A stretch of 63,769 nucleotides of DNA, counting the filler, from Hyphochytrium catenoides (Eukaryota; Protista; Hyphochytriomycota), in assembly GCA_900088475.1 (NCBI GenBank). It is 11 parts of 11 records of this genome, joined end to end, with 100 filler letters (N's around TTAATTAATTAA, not from the genome) between each part and the next. Parts side by side here need not be neighbours in the genome. Positions count along the whole stretch, not along the records: positions 31,264 to 52,032 come from FLMG01001972.1; positions 52,133 to 53,274 come from FLMG01002626.1; positions 53,375 to 56,510 come from FLMG01003459.1; positions 56,611 to 58,100 come from FLMG01001526.1; 7 more parts are not named here. The stretch is one strand, 5' to 3'. The notes beneath the pieces were generated by a model, which saw only the letters and a list, made by a program, of their open reading frames with translations, did not search any database and had not been told where the DNA came from. Positions 45,536 to 57,611 of the stretch are shown here, piece after piece. Position numbers and translations under genes: made by a program. The stretch's first letter is position 1. Each line of letters starts with the position of its first letter.

Positions 45536-46532
45536 TAGAAAGAGGTTCGTTCCAGGCTTCAGAGTGATAGTCTGTTCCGCCGCTGTGAGAAGACTAGACT
45601 TATTAGAAGCTGCTGTTCTTTATATAGGAACAAGCGTAAGTTATACCTTAGGATGAGGCTGATGGTAAGTGCCAATAGGCTTCAAGTGTGAGTGATAAGG
45701 AGTACGACACAGAACGGGGAGGAATCGATAAATGTTGTTGAAGGCAAGTAGTTAGAAGCTTGGATGGATCGACGCTACGATTCAAGAATACTCCGTAGTT
45801 ACTCGGATCAGCTCTTGTACGACTCAGGGAGCAAGCAGTACGTAGCAAGCCCCAAACGGTACCTGCAGACCTGGACCCTGAGCCCATCAATCAAAATGCT
45901 CCATTAACTGACCGGTGTGACACCACGGCTTTACTGTTTCACTGATTGTACCCTTTACGGATTATCTAATCCGTATAAACTCGAGAACGTCAAAAGCCAT
46001 GAGGAACCGCTGACTGCTCAATCCTGACGGGCCCATCTATTCAGCTGATGATGCTCATAGAACTATTACTCGCCCTCTCATGCGAGGAGGGCGTAGGCGA
46101 TAGAATTCAAAAGAGCACGATCATGAACGCAAAGAAGAAGAACCGACCCACACAAAGAAGAAGAACCGACAAACCGTAAATGAGTCAGGACGTCAGGAGG
46201 CCTGGTTTTGTTGTCCAGCCTGCCTTCTAGGACGAGTGGAGGAGGAAGAGGTAATGGCTGTGTCAGTTTTAAAAAAAGAGCAATACTAAGAGCACTTCTC
46301 AGAACGACAGATAGACAGCGGCCACAGCCTGCCCTCAGCTGTAGATATATCATAAGAACATCACCTCATCCGAGTGGCGCAGTTGATGATGTTTTGCTTT
46401 AGATTGATCAAGCGCTCTCGTGTCCAAGGAAAGTAGAGCATGGAGAAAAAGACGGGTAGGTGACATCGAGGATTCTGTGAGGTTTGGCATGTTAATATTA
46501 TTAGCAGTCTTTGAAGCTGCGGACTGCTCTTA

Positions 46533-48359
46533 TTAATGCAGCCGCAGTGATTCGGAGCTCTGGCAATGGAGTGGAAGATGGGACCTCAGAAATGCAACCA
46601 CAATCTCTTCCATAGCGCTACTTTTGCCAGCAGCAGCAGATAGTTCTCCAGGAGGAGCTTGAGCGCGTGCCCTGCCATCCAGTCTGACACACTCTTTTGG
46701 CCCTAGATATGCTCTTGCCAGTCGCTCCGTGTCCTCCGGCGCAACGATCAACGACTCGTCACGGATGATAAAAAGTGCTGGGAGCTCCCCTCCCAGATCC
46801 TTCACCGCGGCCACATTGTCCATGCGCTTCAAGTCGCAACCGGTGTCCTTCCTTTTTACTTCGCGGCAGAAAATGTCCAGCCCCAGAGTCAGGGCCATTT
46901 GGGGAATGAAGGGCTTGCCATTTGCGACGGTGGGCATTTCTTTTGTTGGAGTCGAGGGTGACTGAAAATCACTCTCCATCCGCCGTGCCAAGTGAATCGA
47001 CGCTGATGCGAAGCTGCTGAAAGGGCTGTCAAGAATCAAAGCCAACACCTCGATCTCATTATTATCCGTCTCTTGTTGCTGATCTTTGTCCCCAAGCCTT
47101 CTCCCCTGCCGCCCGCTGTCTCTGCTGGAATCACCTGGCAAAGTCTCCGTAACCTTCTCGGTGATGCTGGACTGCGGTGTTATCGGCCTCGAGGAACTGT
47201 GGGGGTGAATGCTCTCTGGAGACGTCTTCCTCCTTCGCCATCTATTTGGACCACTGAGAGGCCTCTTGTGGGAATCATCCTCTTCTCCTGGTTGGCCTTC
47301 GCTGTGAGGCGCAACCTTCAACCAGGCGAAGAAGCCATTGCTCAGTCCACTGAGTAATCCTGGACCTGCCTCCTTTCTTCTCCTTTGCAACCCGGCTGCA
47401 TAGCGAATAGCTGCTACAGCTCCAAAATCACTTCCAAGTAGTATCACGCGTTTGACCCCGAAACGTGCATGCAATTCCTGCAGAACGCAGGCCACATCTT
47501 CGGCTTCCTTCTCTCCGTAGGAGCAAAACGAGCCTTCAGACTGACCATGGCAGCGGAAGTCGAAGGCTGCATATGTGAGGCCGCTAGCGGCAGCGATAGG
47601 GAGAAATGGGAGAGCTTGAGTTAGGCTACCTCCTAATCCTTCAAATGTAGGTTCACTGATTCCGTGGCAAAAGAGAAGGCAAGTGCTGGAGAACTCTGAA
47701 GGGACGTCTGAAGTCTTTCCTCCTTCATTAGGGCCACTAAGGTCAAGGGTCTCCCAGTATGCTGCTTCTTCCTCCTGTGACTGAGCTTTAGAGCTTTCCA
47801 AGACATCTGTCTGCTGCCGAGCGGTAAAAGAAGAAGCAGAGACAAAAGAGGACAGTGACAGAGAAGAGGAGGTAGTGGAAAGCGTCGACAGAGAGATGGT
47901 CCTAGAGTTCACATCCTCGGCACTAGTCAAACTAGAAGCCGTAGGAAGGCATTGGTTCTCTTGAGAGCACAAGCACGGCCGCCATATGTATCCTTGCAAC
48001 TTGAAACCTTCCTCTGTCCTTGCCTCGAAGAGCTCCCTAGAGTAACGCATCACGGAAGGCAAAGGACCGACATAAAAAAAGGCAACTATTAGGTGATAAG
48101 TCTATATCGCCGGCCTTCGCGCCTTCTTGAGAAGCTACCTTTTATAGTTTAGCGTTATCTGCTTAGGGTCTTCTGAACTGAAGACCGCGATAGCGGAACC
48201 CAGGTCTTTCTCCGTATAAAGCTGACGTTGAGGCTGAAGTACGGCGTCTGCATATAGTCGATACGCGGTTGAGAGGAGTGACCTCCAGCTGATGTCATTC
48301 TTCCCGGTCAGCACGCTGTCAAGACTCTGTTCCAGCTCACCATCAGCAAAGATCTCCAT
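46533..48359 (-). CDS. Alpha/beta-fold hydrolase (YqkD/ABHD13-like) with a degenerate catalytic triad; 2 exons
   Basis: Exon 1 48359-48139 (AVLQPQRQLYTEKDLG) joins exon 2 48036-46533 in phase 2. Motifs LLFCHG, AFDFRCHGQSEG..SYGEKEAEDV, ILLGSDFGA, LILDSPFSS. Confidence 0.75.
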
Positions 48360-51300
48360 AGTAAGACTCTTCGTGCTGCCAGAAAGACCAATAATCGGCG
48401 TCTTCCCAGTTCTGTCTGTTTTAAGCAGAGCTTTAAGACTTCGCACTGAAAGAACTCTGCTGTTTGCTGATCTCTACGGAGGGGGGAGCATACGGCCCAT
48501 CATCTGATCGGTCTGATGAAGAGCAAGACGCTTTCACTGTGGCTGATAACTCGTAGTCCCAAGTGCCGAGCGAGGCAGAACTGATAGGCGGATGGAAGGC
48601 GAGCTGATTGCAAGTCTAGAAGCGTTAATTGAGCGCCACTATTATAAACTAATCAGCACAAGCAAGAAACGGATTCTATGATGGCGGTGGTAGTAGGAGC
48701 CTCTTAGGTCAGCCAAGGTGAATAGTGCATGGGCAAGAAGGAGAAGAAGCAGAACGGAGGTCTGTTAATTGAGGGTGTCCATAGTTAAGAAGGAACGCGG
48801 CCATCCTTAAGCATCATGGTACCTCCAAGGAGGCTTCCAACTAAGCCCTGGATCGTTCTCTTCCTATGGCTTCAAAGGAGCGAGGAGAAGGGGCAGCAGG
48901 ACTAGGATGATGGTGATCGTCGAGACGAGGATCCATGCTGCCCTGCCTCTTCCTGCTGCTGCTGATAGGCTGAACGGACGCCCACCAGCGGAGCAAGAGA
49001 AAGGCGGAGGAGGGAGGAGTGACTCAGGGTAGGAGGCACAGCAGCCGTGGACCAGTGCACCAACACTCAAACCTTTAAGCCTGTCTATTGACCTGTGGGG
49101 GGCCGTTACTATAGCGGGTAACGGCGATACTTCGACTGTTGCAGGAGCTGTTGGCAGGTTGGATGACTTACAGGTTTCAGAGATCCCAGGAGGGAAGTGA
49201 GAAGGGGAGGGCGGAGACAGCCTTCGTAGTCGTCCAGACCTGGGGAGCAAGCTCTACCTTTAGCTTCTATTGGCTTTGCTAGCCTATCTGATAGGGGAGG
49301 AAGAGCGGGCAGCACTTCCTTACATACCAGGGACTCGGATAGATATCCAAAGAGTAGTAGTGGATGGAGCTCTTCTCACGACGGTAGGATGCCGCCTCCA
49401 CCACCAGTACTCCTGGCTCTCAATCATCCTCCAGCGGCGGCTACCACCGACCAACCGAATCGCAACAGCGCCAAGGATATTTCTATTTAGCTTTATTTCG
49501 GCCAACGCCTCTGCTCATGGACTTGTACGGCTCTCCCGACCGACTGGATATAGACTTTCGCTAGCAATGATAAGGCCTTGTCACCGCCGGATAGAGGAGT
49601 GTATCGATTGCGATTGCAAGGAGAGGTTTAAAGGGGAATAGGTGAAGGCGCGTGGCTATGTTCCTATCTGCCTTTCTCATAGTTGAAGACCATCTTGCGC
49701 TCTATCGTCGGGTCAGTCTTAACCTTTGGAAGAGGTAGTACCTAGCCTCAATCAGCCAACTCGCGGTAAGGCCGATTAATAGCTGCATAATAGAGTAAAA
49801 GCTCGGTCTAAGCTAGTAGAATGGGGCTTCATCTGCGGGCAGACATTGCGAGTCATTCATAATAAGCAGACTGGAAGAGCAGGTACAGAAGAGCTCCTGT
49901 CCATGCTTCTTGACTCATCGACGAAATAGTTCTCTGCCTCAAGGACCCAACCTCGTCAACGAACTCTTCCTATCTTCACATGACGATCGCAAGCGGCACA
50001 GCTCCGGCTGCCGAGTAGTACGAGACCCCTACTCTCACCGCAACCTCCCCACCCGGTGACCTACTTCTCTTCTGTTGTTACTAGAGTTTGTCAACAAAGG
50101 CTTCTGCTGTTGGCCCTACTAGAAGAGTCCTCGCTCTGGAGGAAATCTCCGTCAAAAGCAGCAAGGAGGTGGATACAATTACTGACGCTACTACCGGCTA
50201 CTAGTGAGTCCATTCCTTACGCGAACCAATCTGAAAGAAAGTAGTAGCTTCCTGGGCCGCTCCTACCTCATACGCTGGCCTGCGCTGCCTTCCTCCCTCT
50301 CAAGATAGTAACGTTGAGATGATGACAGTGTCGCCTTCATTGAGAAGCAGATTCTTAGTGGTTAACAAGGGGCCATTCTCCTGTTACTGTCATTAGAAGG
50401 AATAGCTGCTATTTAGCTGGAGCATGAGCAGCAAGGGCCACCACTCCGATATGGCGACTTTGTAAGTTGTGCACGAGAAGTTGCTGTTAGTTGCAGGTGC
50501 AATTGCAGGTGTCCTTGCTTTCGTCAAATCTATTGTTCCTCGACCATCCCTCCTTGCTACTAATGGCAGCCCTCCAAAGCTAGGGAAGTACTATCGAGAC
50601 GCAAGCAAGGATCCCCGAGAAACGTCTCCCTAGCGCTGATATCACCAGCAGAAGAGGAGAGCACCTACAAGCCACCATCCTCCTGATGTTATTGGTACCA
50701 CCAGGTCCTGGGCTATCACCTCGTCCATTCGTCCTCTCTTCTCCCACTTCATCATGAGGAGGAAAAGGATTGCGAAGGAGGCGGGCAGGCAGGCAAACAA
50801 GGGCGAAGGAGATGGCGGAGGCGGAGGCTCTTGCCTCCGTCCGCAGCAGCAGCGCCGCACGATAGTCGAAGTATTGAGAGCGAAAGGGGAAGCAGCAGCT
50901 GTTCGAGGGACAAAGGAAAGCGGCCAACCAAACTTCAAGGTTTCGGCACACCTGCACGGGCTTCCGTTTCCAACCGGCGCGGCACAGGATGAGGACATAA
51001 CCCCAGTGTAGCCATTTCCTGATGCCCTTGGTCGATGAAGACAAGAAGGAGCATTAGGCAACGTATAAAGTTAGCTGTAAGATCGAGCACCAGGGGGAGA
51101 CGAAGAGATGGGGAACATATCGGAGTATTTATAGGTCTACAGAATCATTCTGGCTGTTGTGTAAACCTAAAGGCGGCGAATACTAAGGATAAGACTATAT
51201 GGATGCTTTCTAATGGAGTAAATCATGGCCCCGGCGGACGATTAGGAGGGAAAACTCTTGGGAGCCAAGACAACTGTCATTATTACGATGGGAGCCTCTC

Positions 51301-52370
51301 TCTCTCTGTCTGTCTCTTTTCCGCTGTCTCTCTCTCTTTCTCGCTCTTTCTCTCTCTCTCTCTCCTCTGTCTCCCCGTTTATGCTTTCTCTCACGTTTGC
51401 TCTGTTTCGCTCTCAGGCTATCAACCTCGCCCTTTACTTTTGGCCTTTCCTCATTCCTTGCCTCTGACGGCTTCTCTCTCTCTCCCTTCTTCTCGCTTGT
51501 TCTCACTACGACGTCTCTTCCTCTCCTCTCCTCATCATTCAATGTGTTTGATAACAAGTCATTGCACCCATCGCTCTGGTGCCTTCCTCGCACCTGAGTC
51601 ACCCTTCTGCTTCCCTCCTCTTCCTCGACTGGTTGAAGCTGGGCCGCTCATGACCGTTGTGCATCGGCAGGTCCTCCTGCTTGACGGCTCAGCCTCAGCA
51701 GCTTTGCTCTCCTAGCTGCTGAGCCTGCAGACGACAAGGCGAAGAGAGCGACACGAGGCGACTCAGACTGGAAGAGGAGGACTGTCAGGGAAGAGGTTGA
51801 GGCTAAGGTGACCTCTTCTCGGTCTTCAAAAAGAGATTGAAGCCCCAAATCAAATTATCATCCACAGACCATTGCTGTCCCTTGTCTAGCTAGACAGCGG
51901 CGTGGGTAGCGGACTGTGAAGCAACTGGCCGCTGATGGGAGCTGTCTACTAGAGGAAACGAGAGAGAGAGGGAGAGAGGAAGCTCTGCCAGTGGCTGCCG
52001 TCGCTTACTCTAAGGAAAAATGAGGTTTGAGANNNNNNNNNNNNNNNNNNNNNNNNNNNNNNNNNNNNNNNNNNNNTTAATTAATTAANNNNNNNNNNNN
52101 NNNNNNNNNNNNNNNNNNNNNNNNNNNNNNNNAGGCATCCGAGTCCTCGGATGCGGATAAGGCCGCATCTTCTGGTCCAGGCGCCACTTCATTCTAATCT
52201 CACTTTCCAATTTCCCAAGTACCCCACAAGTCAACATCTAAGAGGTTATCGGGCTCCACACAACGCAAGCAAGGCCAACCGGCCAACCTGCCAACCTTCT
52301 GGGACTTGCGAATTGAATCGAATCGATTCGAACTGGAAAGTCAACCCACCATATCAACGACTGTGGTTAA

Positions 52371-53100
52371 GAGTGACTTCGCGAGAGACGCGAAGATTTG
52401 CATACAAAGTTTGGCAATCTGCCCGTCAGCCTAATTCTAAATCTGCGGCAGAGAATGACAATACCAAATGTACTGCATGGTAATAGACGCGGTTAATTTG
52501 GAATATCAACAATTCAAGGCAATGGTATCAAGTAGATATCGAAGTGGCTTCTGCAGGCAAGGGACTTCCTACGGTTGTAGTCGTTGTTACTGAGATGTTT
52601 GTAGTACATTTCAAAGGACTAGGCGAATATATGAGGGAATTGAGTAGAGTTTTGGGCCTATATATGTCATCTAGAAAATACCGAGCTAGTAGTGTAACCC
52701 CATTTATCTTGGTCGTGATGGGCTAACAACATGCTCTGAAAAGCTTAGGACGAGCCCCAGAATAGTGTGAGAACAAAAAGACCGGCTTTTACTCTTCGTC
52801 TCCCACAACGAAACCTGCACGAACAGAATCTAACGTCGTCGTCGGCACTTTAGGTAAGTATTGATTCATCAAAAATCTTAGTCTGGCTGTCCCTTGGAAG
52901 AGGGGAGGTCGGTCACAGCCCCCAGGAGTGGCAGTCCAGCTCCAGTACAGGGGATCACAGACCTGAATGGGCTGGAGTGTCCCCATACAAACTCCAAGTA
53001 TACGCTCGGCACTCTTGGTAAGTGGGTCTAAACAGTAAATGTTAGGCACTCGGCACTTCAGGGTTGCACGTTTTTCTTCGCGTCTCTCGCGAAGTCACTC
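52371..53100. mobile_element. 730-bp non-autonomous DNA transposon (MITE) with 26-bp perfect TIRs and TTAA TSD; Sola3/Kolobok-like ends
   Basis: TTAA(52367-70)-GAGTGACTTCGCGAGAGACGCGAAGA ... TCTTCGCGTCTCTCGCGAAGTCACTC-TTAA(53101-04). No transposase ORF. Confidence 0.85.
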
Positions 53101-53374
53101 TTAAACATCAGGTGAATCGCAAAGTCTTGGAATTGCAACATGTTGGATTAGTATGGGATGATTGAACAATGTCATTAGATGAGAGTGCTCTACTTATAAG
53201 CCCAACTGGGGTCCCATAAACTAGAGCGATATTGACTATGCCAACTATTCCTAATAAACCCTAAGATATGGAGTNNNNNNNNNNNNNNNNNNNNNNNNNN
53301 NNNNNNNNNNNNNNNNNNTTAATTAATTAANNNNNNNNNNNNNNNNNNNNNNNNNNNNNNNNNNNNNNNNNNNN

Positions 53375-53750
53375 CATGTGCTACAATGGTAATGACAAAG
53401 GGAGGCAATAAAGAATTAAAGATCATTTGGAGCAAATCCTTAAACATTACCTTAGTTCGGATTGTCGGCTGCAATTCGCCGGCATGAAGTTGGAATCGCT
53501 AGTAATCGTGGATCAGCATGCCACGGTGAATACTGGAAATAGGCTTTGTACACACCGCCCGTCACATTCCGGAAATTCATTTCTCTCCAAAGTTTTGTAT
53601 TAACGTATGAAAACAATGTAAGATTCCGATGGTTTTTCGGAAACCCGCATTGATAAAAGAAATACGAGATATGTTCCGAAAGAGAGGTGGGTAACCAGAG
53701 TGAAGTCGTAACAAGGTAGCCGTAAGGGAACTTGCGGCTGAAGACAACTT
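53375..53750 (+). rRNA. rns: Mitochondrial small-subunit rRNA, 3' part
   Basis: Conserved GCTACAATGG, GGAATCGCTAGTAATCG, TTGTACACACCGCCCGTCAC and GAAGTCGTAACAAGGTAGCCGTA. No anti-SD CCTCC directly after helix 45. Linked to nad5. The 3' end is approximate. Confidence 0.93.
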
Positions 53751-53954
53751 TAAAATCTCCCATATCTCCTATATTCCCCAATCATCTCTAAAAGAGAAAC
53801 GTCAAAGTGTCCAAAGTGTCTCTTTTTTTATGATGATTCTTGTATTTGATTGTATTTGAAGATTGAAAAGTCGAAAAGTGTTTGAGATACACTTTAAAAT
53901 TTTAGAAACACCTATATAAAATATATAAACAATTTAAACATTAAAATGAAGAGA

Positions 53955-54026
53955 TGCGGGATAGAGCAGTGGTAGCTCAACAGGCTCATGATCTGGATGT
54001 CGTAGGTTCGAATCCTACTCCCGCGA
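53955..54026 (+). tRNA. trnM: tRNA-Met(CAU), initiator-like
   Basis: Acceptor TGCGGGA/TCCCGCG with a non-Watson-Crick 1:72 pair, anticodon loop CT-CAT-GA, T-loop GGTTCGAATCC. Confidence 0.88.
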
Positions 54027-54067
54027 CATGTCACATTTCTTAATCCATCTAACGGTTCAACTTGATA

Positions 54068-54448
54068 ATGCCAACTTTCTCACAACTTTTAAAAAATCCA
54101 AGACGACGTCCAAAAAACCGAACAAAAACTCCAGCATTACAATCTTGTCCACAAAAAAAAGGGACTTGTTTTAAAGTGTTTACCCGAACACCAAAAAAAC
54201 CCAACTCAGGTGTTCGAAAAGTTGCACGAATTCGTTTAACTAATCGAAAACGTATTACAGGATATATCCCAGGAATTGGCCATTCTTTGATGGAACATTC
54301 CATTGTTCTTGTTCGTGGGGGTCGTGTTAAAGACTTGCCTGGAGTCAAATACCATCTGATTCGCGGCAAATATGATTTTGATAACAAAACATTATTATCT
54401 CGAATTCACGCGCGTTCGAAATATGGTGTCAAAAAACGAAGAATATAA
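54068..54448 (+). CDS. rps12: Mitochondrial ribosomal protein S12
   Basis: [51 protein letters not shown]. Confidence 0.97.
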   Translation: MPTFSQLLKNPRRRPKNRTKTPALQSCPQKKGTCFKVFTRTPKKPNSGVRKVARIRLTNRKRITGYIPGIGHSLMEHSIVLVRGGRVKDLPGVKYHLIRGKYDFDNKTLLSRIHARSKYGVKKRRI

Positions 54449-54521
54449 AAAAAGGTTTGAAATCTTTTTGAAAAGTTTTTGGACACGATTTTCTTATTTT
54501 TTCTATTCTTATATTCTTCGT

Positions 54522-54593
54522 AGGGATATAATTTAGTGGTTAGAAGCGGTTTCTCCAAAAAACTGAACCCCAGTTCGAATCTGGGTATCCCTG
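54522..54593 (+). tRNA. trnW: tRNA-Trp(CCA)
   Basis: Acceptor AGGGATA/TATCCCT, anticodon arm GGTTT-CTCCAAA-AAACT, T arm CCCAG-TTCGAAT-CTGGG. Confidence 0.88.
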
Positions 54594-54613
54594 GTCTTTG
54601 GTTTGTTGAAAGA

Positions 54614-54687
54614 TCCCCAATAGCTAAGTGGTTTAAGGCGGTAGACTGTTAATCTAATGATCACAGGTTCGAATCCTGTTTGGGGAG
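54614..54687 (+). tRNA. trnN: tRNA-Asn(GUU)
   Basis: Acceptor TCCCCAA/TTGGGGA, anticodon loop CT-GTT-AA, T arm ACAGG-TTCGAAT-CCTGT. Confidence 0.93.
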
Positions 54688-54875
54688 CTTTTTAATTGCA
54701 ACGGCACACGAGCGAATACACGCCCACAAAGATTCCAACGATTTTTTTGGTGTTTTTAATATTTTCAAGAATTGCTGTCTAATCTTTTATAACATTTCTT
54801 TAAGTTAGACATTGAGAATGAAAACCTTTAAACACTTTAAAACAAGTTGGAATCTTCCCCGCTTTTAAAACCATT

Positions 54876-54925
54876 TCCTTTTGGTCTTTTTCACTTCTTA
54901 TAACAAACCAAAAGACCAAAAAGGA
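54876..54925. terminator. Imperfect 15-bp hairpin between convergent mitochondrial transcription units
   Basis: TCCTTTTGGTCTTTT ... AAAAGACCAAAAAGGA between trnN(+) and nad5(-). The function is inferred only. Confidence 0.35.
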
Positions 54926-55103
54926 TGAACACAGAAACAATCCAGTCAAATCAAAAGATTCTTTCCCAGTTTCCCACTTTTAAATGGTTTTAAAAGCACA
55001 CCCAAAGAACTTTTCTTTTTTATGTGACCTTTTTATACCGTTGTCACTTGAAAAAAGAAAAAAACCGCTGCCCCGTTGCCGAACACTCTTTTTTCAAAGA
55101 AAG

Positions 55104-56510
55104 TTAAAAAAAATGCCAATCTTCTCCATAATGAGGTCGACGTTGTTCCCAAGGAATCTCTTCTTCTGGGAAATCAATAATATGACGTGTATAATTATGT
55201 AAAACGAGACCGAGAAATAAAATGAAAGCTAATTTAAAATTTACATATACACCAAAAGAAATGGGTAATGCGGAAAGAACGGTTAACATAGTTGCACCTA
55301 ATAAAATGATAAAACTTGAATGATAAATGAAACCTGTTGATAATTTTGCTACTTTTTCCATATAATAGTATAAAGTATGTGAAATTCCTAAAGGACCAAA
55401 AAGTTCAAAATAACCTTTATCTAAAATTCGGTAAGTTGTCATATAAGAAACCCGCATCATACGTTGTGAAACAAAATCATTCATCAACTTATCAAAAAAC
55501 CATTTTCGATTTAAAAAATTATAAAGACTTAAACCCCAAGGAGACATTTTCCAATGATATAAGACACCAAAAAAAAAGGTATATAAATAATATGCCGTTA
55601 AAGCTCCATAAAGACTACACATTAAAATCATTTGTTTAGGAGCATCCGGAATAAATTCCGCATCCATTAAGACTAAATGTTTTGGGTGTACAAAAATAGA
55701 GTTTCCCCAAAAATCAGTTCCAAAACCAACAAACATATCTTTTAACAAATAGCCAGAAAAAATACTTAAAAGAGCTAAAAGACCTAATGGGAATGCCATG
55801 ACAAATGGAGCTTCGTGAACCTGTTCCATGATTTTTTTATAACCATTAGGTTCGGTTAAAAAAACAAGAAATAACAGTCGTGTTGAATAAAAAGAAGTCA
55901 AAAAAGCTGCCGTGGTTCCTAAAATATAAGCAAAATATCCACTAAAACTATAAGTTGCATAAGCACTTTCTAAAATCAAATCTTTTGAATAAAACCCTGA
56001 TAAAAAAGGAAATCCAATTAAGGCCAAATTTCCAATTAAGAACATACTATATGTATAAGGTAATAAAGTTCTTAATCCACCCATACGACGCATATCTTGT
56101 TCATCACCCATAGCATGAATGACACACCCTGCACTTAAAAACAATAACGCTTTAAAAAACGCATGATTCGTTAAATGAAACATTCCGGCGGCATAATTAG
56201 AAACACCGCAAGAAAACATCATATATCCTAATTGACTACATGTAGAATACGCAATAACTTTTTTAATATCATTTTGTACCAAAGCGACGGTTGAAGCAAA
56301 AAAAGCTGTTGATGCTCCGACTATGGTCACAACGGTTAAAGCTGTAGGCGAATATTCAAAAAGTGGTGAACATCTTGTAATTAAAAAGACACCTGCGGTC
56401 ACCATGGTTGCCGCATGGATCAGTGCAGAAACAGGTGTCGGTCCTTCCATGGCATCAGGCAACCATAAATGTAAACCAAGTTGTGCGGATTTTCCCATTG
56501 CTCCAAGAAA
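55104..56510 (-). CDS. nad5: NADH dehydrogenase subunit 5 (5'-truncated)
   Basis: GKSAQLGLHLWLPDAMEGPTPVSALIHAATMVTAG, DIKKVIAYSTCSQLGYM, HAFFKALLFL, GFYSKDLILE. AT-rich and open in the standard code. Confidence 0.97.
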   Translation of the reverse strand, partial: FLGAMGKSAQLGLHLWLPDAMEGPTPVSALIHAATMVTAGVFLITRCSPLFEYSPTALTVVTIVGASTAFFASTVALVQNDIKKVIAYSTCSQLGYMMFSCGVSNYAAGMFHLTNHAFFKALLFLSAGCVIHAMGDEQDMRRMGGLRTLLPYTYSMFLIGNLALIGFPFLSGFYSKDLILESAYATYSFSGYFAYILGTTAAFLTSFYSTRLLFLVFLTEPNGYKKIMEQVHEAPFVMAFPLGLLALLSIFSGYLLKDMFVGFGTDFWGNSIFVHPKHLVLMDAEFIPDAPKQMILMCSLYGALTAYYLYTFFFGVLYHWKMSPWGLSLYNFLNRKWFFDKLMNDFVSQRMMRVSYMTTYRILDKGYFELFGPLGISHTLYYYMEKVAKLSTGFIYHSSFIILLGATMLTVLSALPISFGVYVNFKLAFILFLGLVLHNYTRHIIDFPEEEIPWEQRRPHYGEDWHFF

Positions 56511-56802
56511 NNNNNNNNNNNNNNNNNNNNNNNNNNNNNNNNNNNNNNNNNNNNTTAATTAATTAANNNNNNNNNNNNNNNNNNNNNNNNNNNNNNNNNN
56601 NNNNNNNNNNAGAGAGAGAGAGAGAGAGAGAGTGGGAAGCGTGGGAGAGAGATGAGAAAGCAGACTAGAAGCGGAAAAGGGACGGGCGGAGTCAGAGAGA
56701 GAGAGGCAAGCGTGGGGGGAGAGAAAAATATGGAGAAACGAGATAGGGAGAGAAGGCGCAAGACAGACAAAATGAGAGAGAGAGAGAGAGAAGAAACATT
56801 CA

Positions 56803-57111
56803 CCTTTCCAAACTTCCCGATGTCTCCCTGGAGTTTGAGGCCGGTGAAGGTGGAAGCCATCCTCCAGAATCGGATGTGTCCCTGGCCACTGGTGCAGAGC
56901 CTGCCCTCGGAGAGAGAGGGAGAGAGAGAGAAGCGCACATTGAACACTTCTTGGCCAAATGCTTTGGTTCCTAGGACGACTCTCTCTCTCTCCCAGTCCC
57001 ACACCGTCAGCCAATAATCAGGAGCGCTGCTGACAGACGCGAGCTGGGCGCCAGTGAGACTGAGATTGAAAAGAATAAGAGAGAGGGAGACAGAGAGAGA
57101 GAGAAAAGGCC

Positions 57112-57158
<47 letters not shown>

Positions 57159-57611
57159 GGTCGGTTAGGAAGAGGAAGGGTGGAAAGAGAGAACGAGAGA
57201 GATGATAATGTCTTCAGAACTTGAAAAAGAAAGATTCAAACCCAGCAAAAGAAGTAGGGAGAGGGAGAAAGATGCAGGAGATGGTGAACGGGAATGAGGA
57301 GAAGAGAGAAGAGTATCAACCTGAGAAGGAAGAGAGAGAAAAAGAGGAAAGAGGAAACAGAGTCAAAACAGAGAGAGAGAGGGACACAGAGAGAGACGCG
57401 TGCACCTGAAGCAAAGATCGCTATATCCTCTCTCTGCTCCTCCTTTGAGCACCCGAAAAAGAGAGAGAGAGGGCAATTCATAGATATAAATGTTAGGCTT
57501 CAGTCCTTTCTCTCCCACGGCCAGCCAGCGGCCCGAGGGATGAACCCGCACGGCGCCAATTCCTCTCCCATCGATGCCAAAGACATAGCGGACAGCGAGA
57601 GAACGGAGATC
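56803..57611 (-). CDS. CFAP44: Cilia- and flagella-associated protein 44 (WDR52), two internal exons
   Basis: [39 protein letters not shown]; [58 protein letters not shown]. Confidence 0.88.

Noticed and set aside
53375-53750. Bacterial or endosymbiont 16S rRNA
   Set aside because: No anti-SD tail follows helix 45, there is no rrn operon structure, and it is linked to mitochondrial-type nad5 and rps12.
53452-54387. Minus-strand ORFs of 109 and 112 aa
   Set aside because: They are antisense shadows of rns and rps12.
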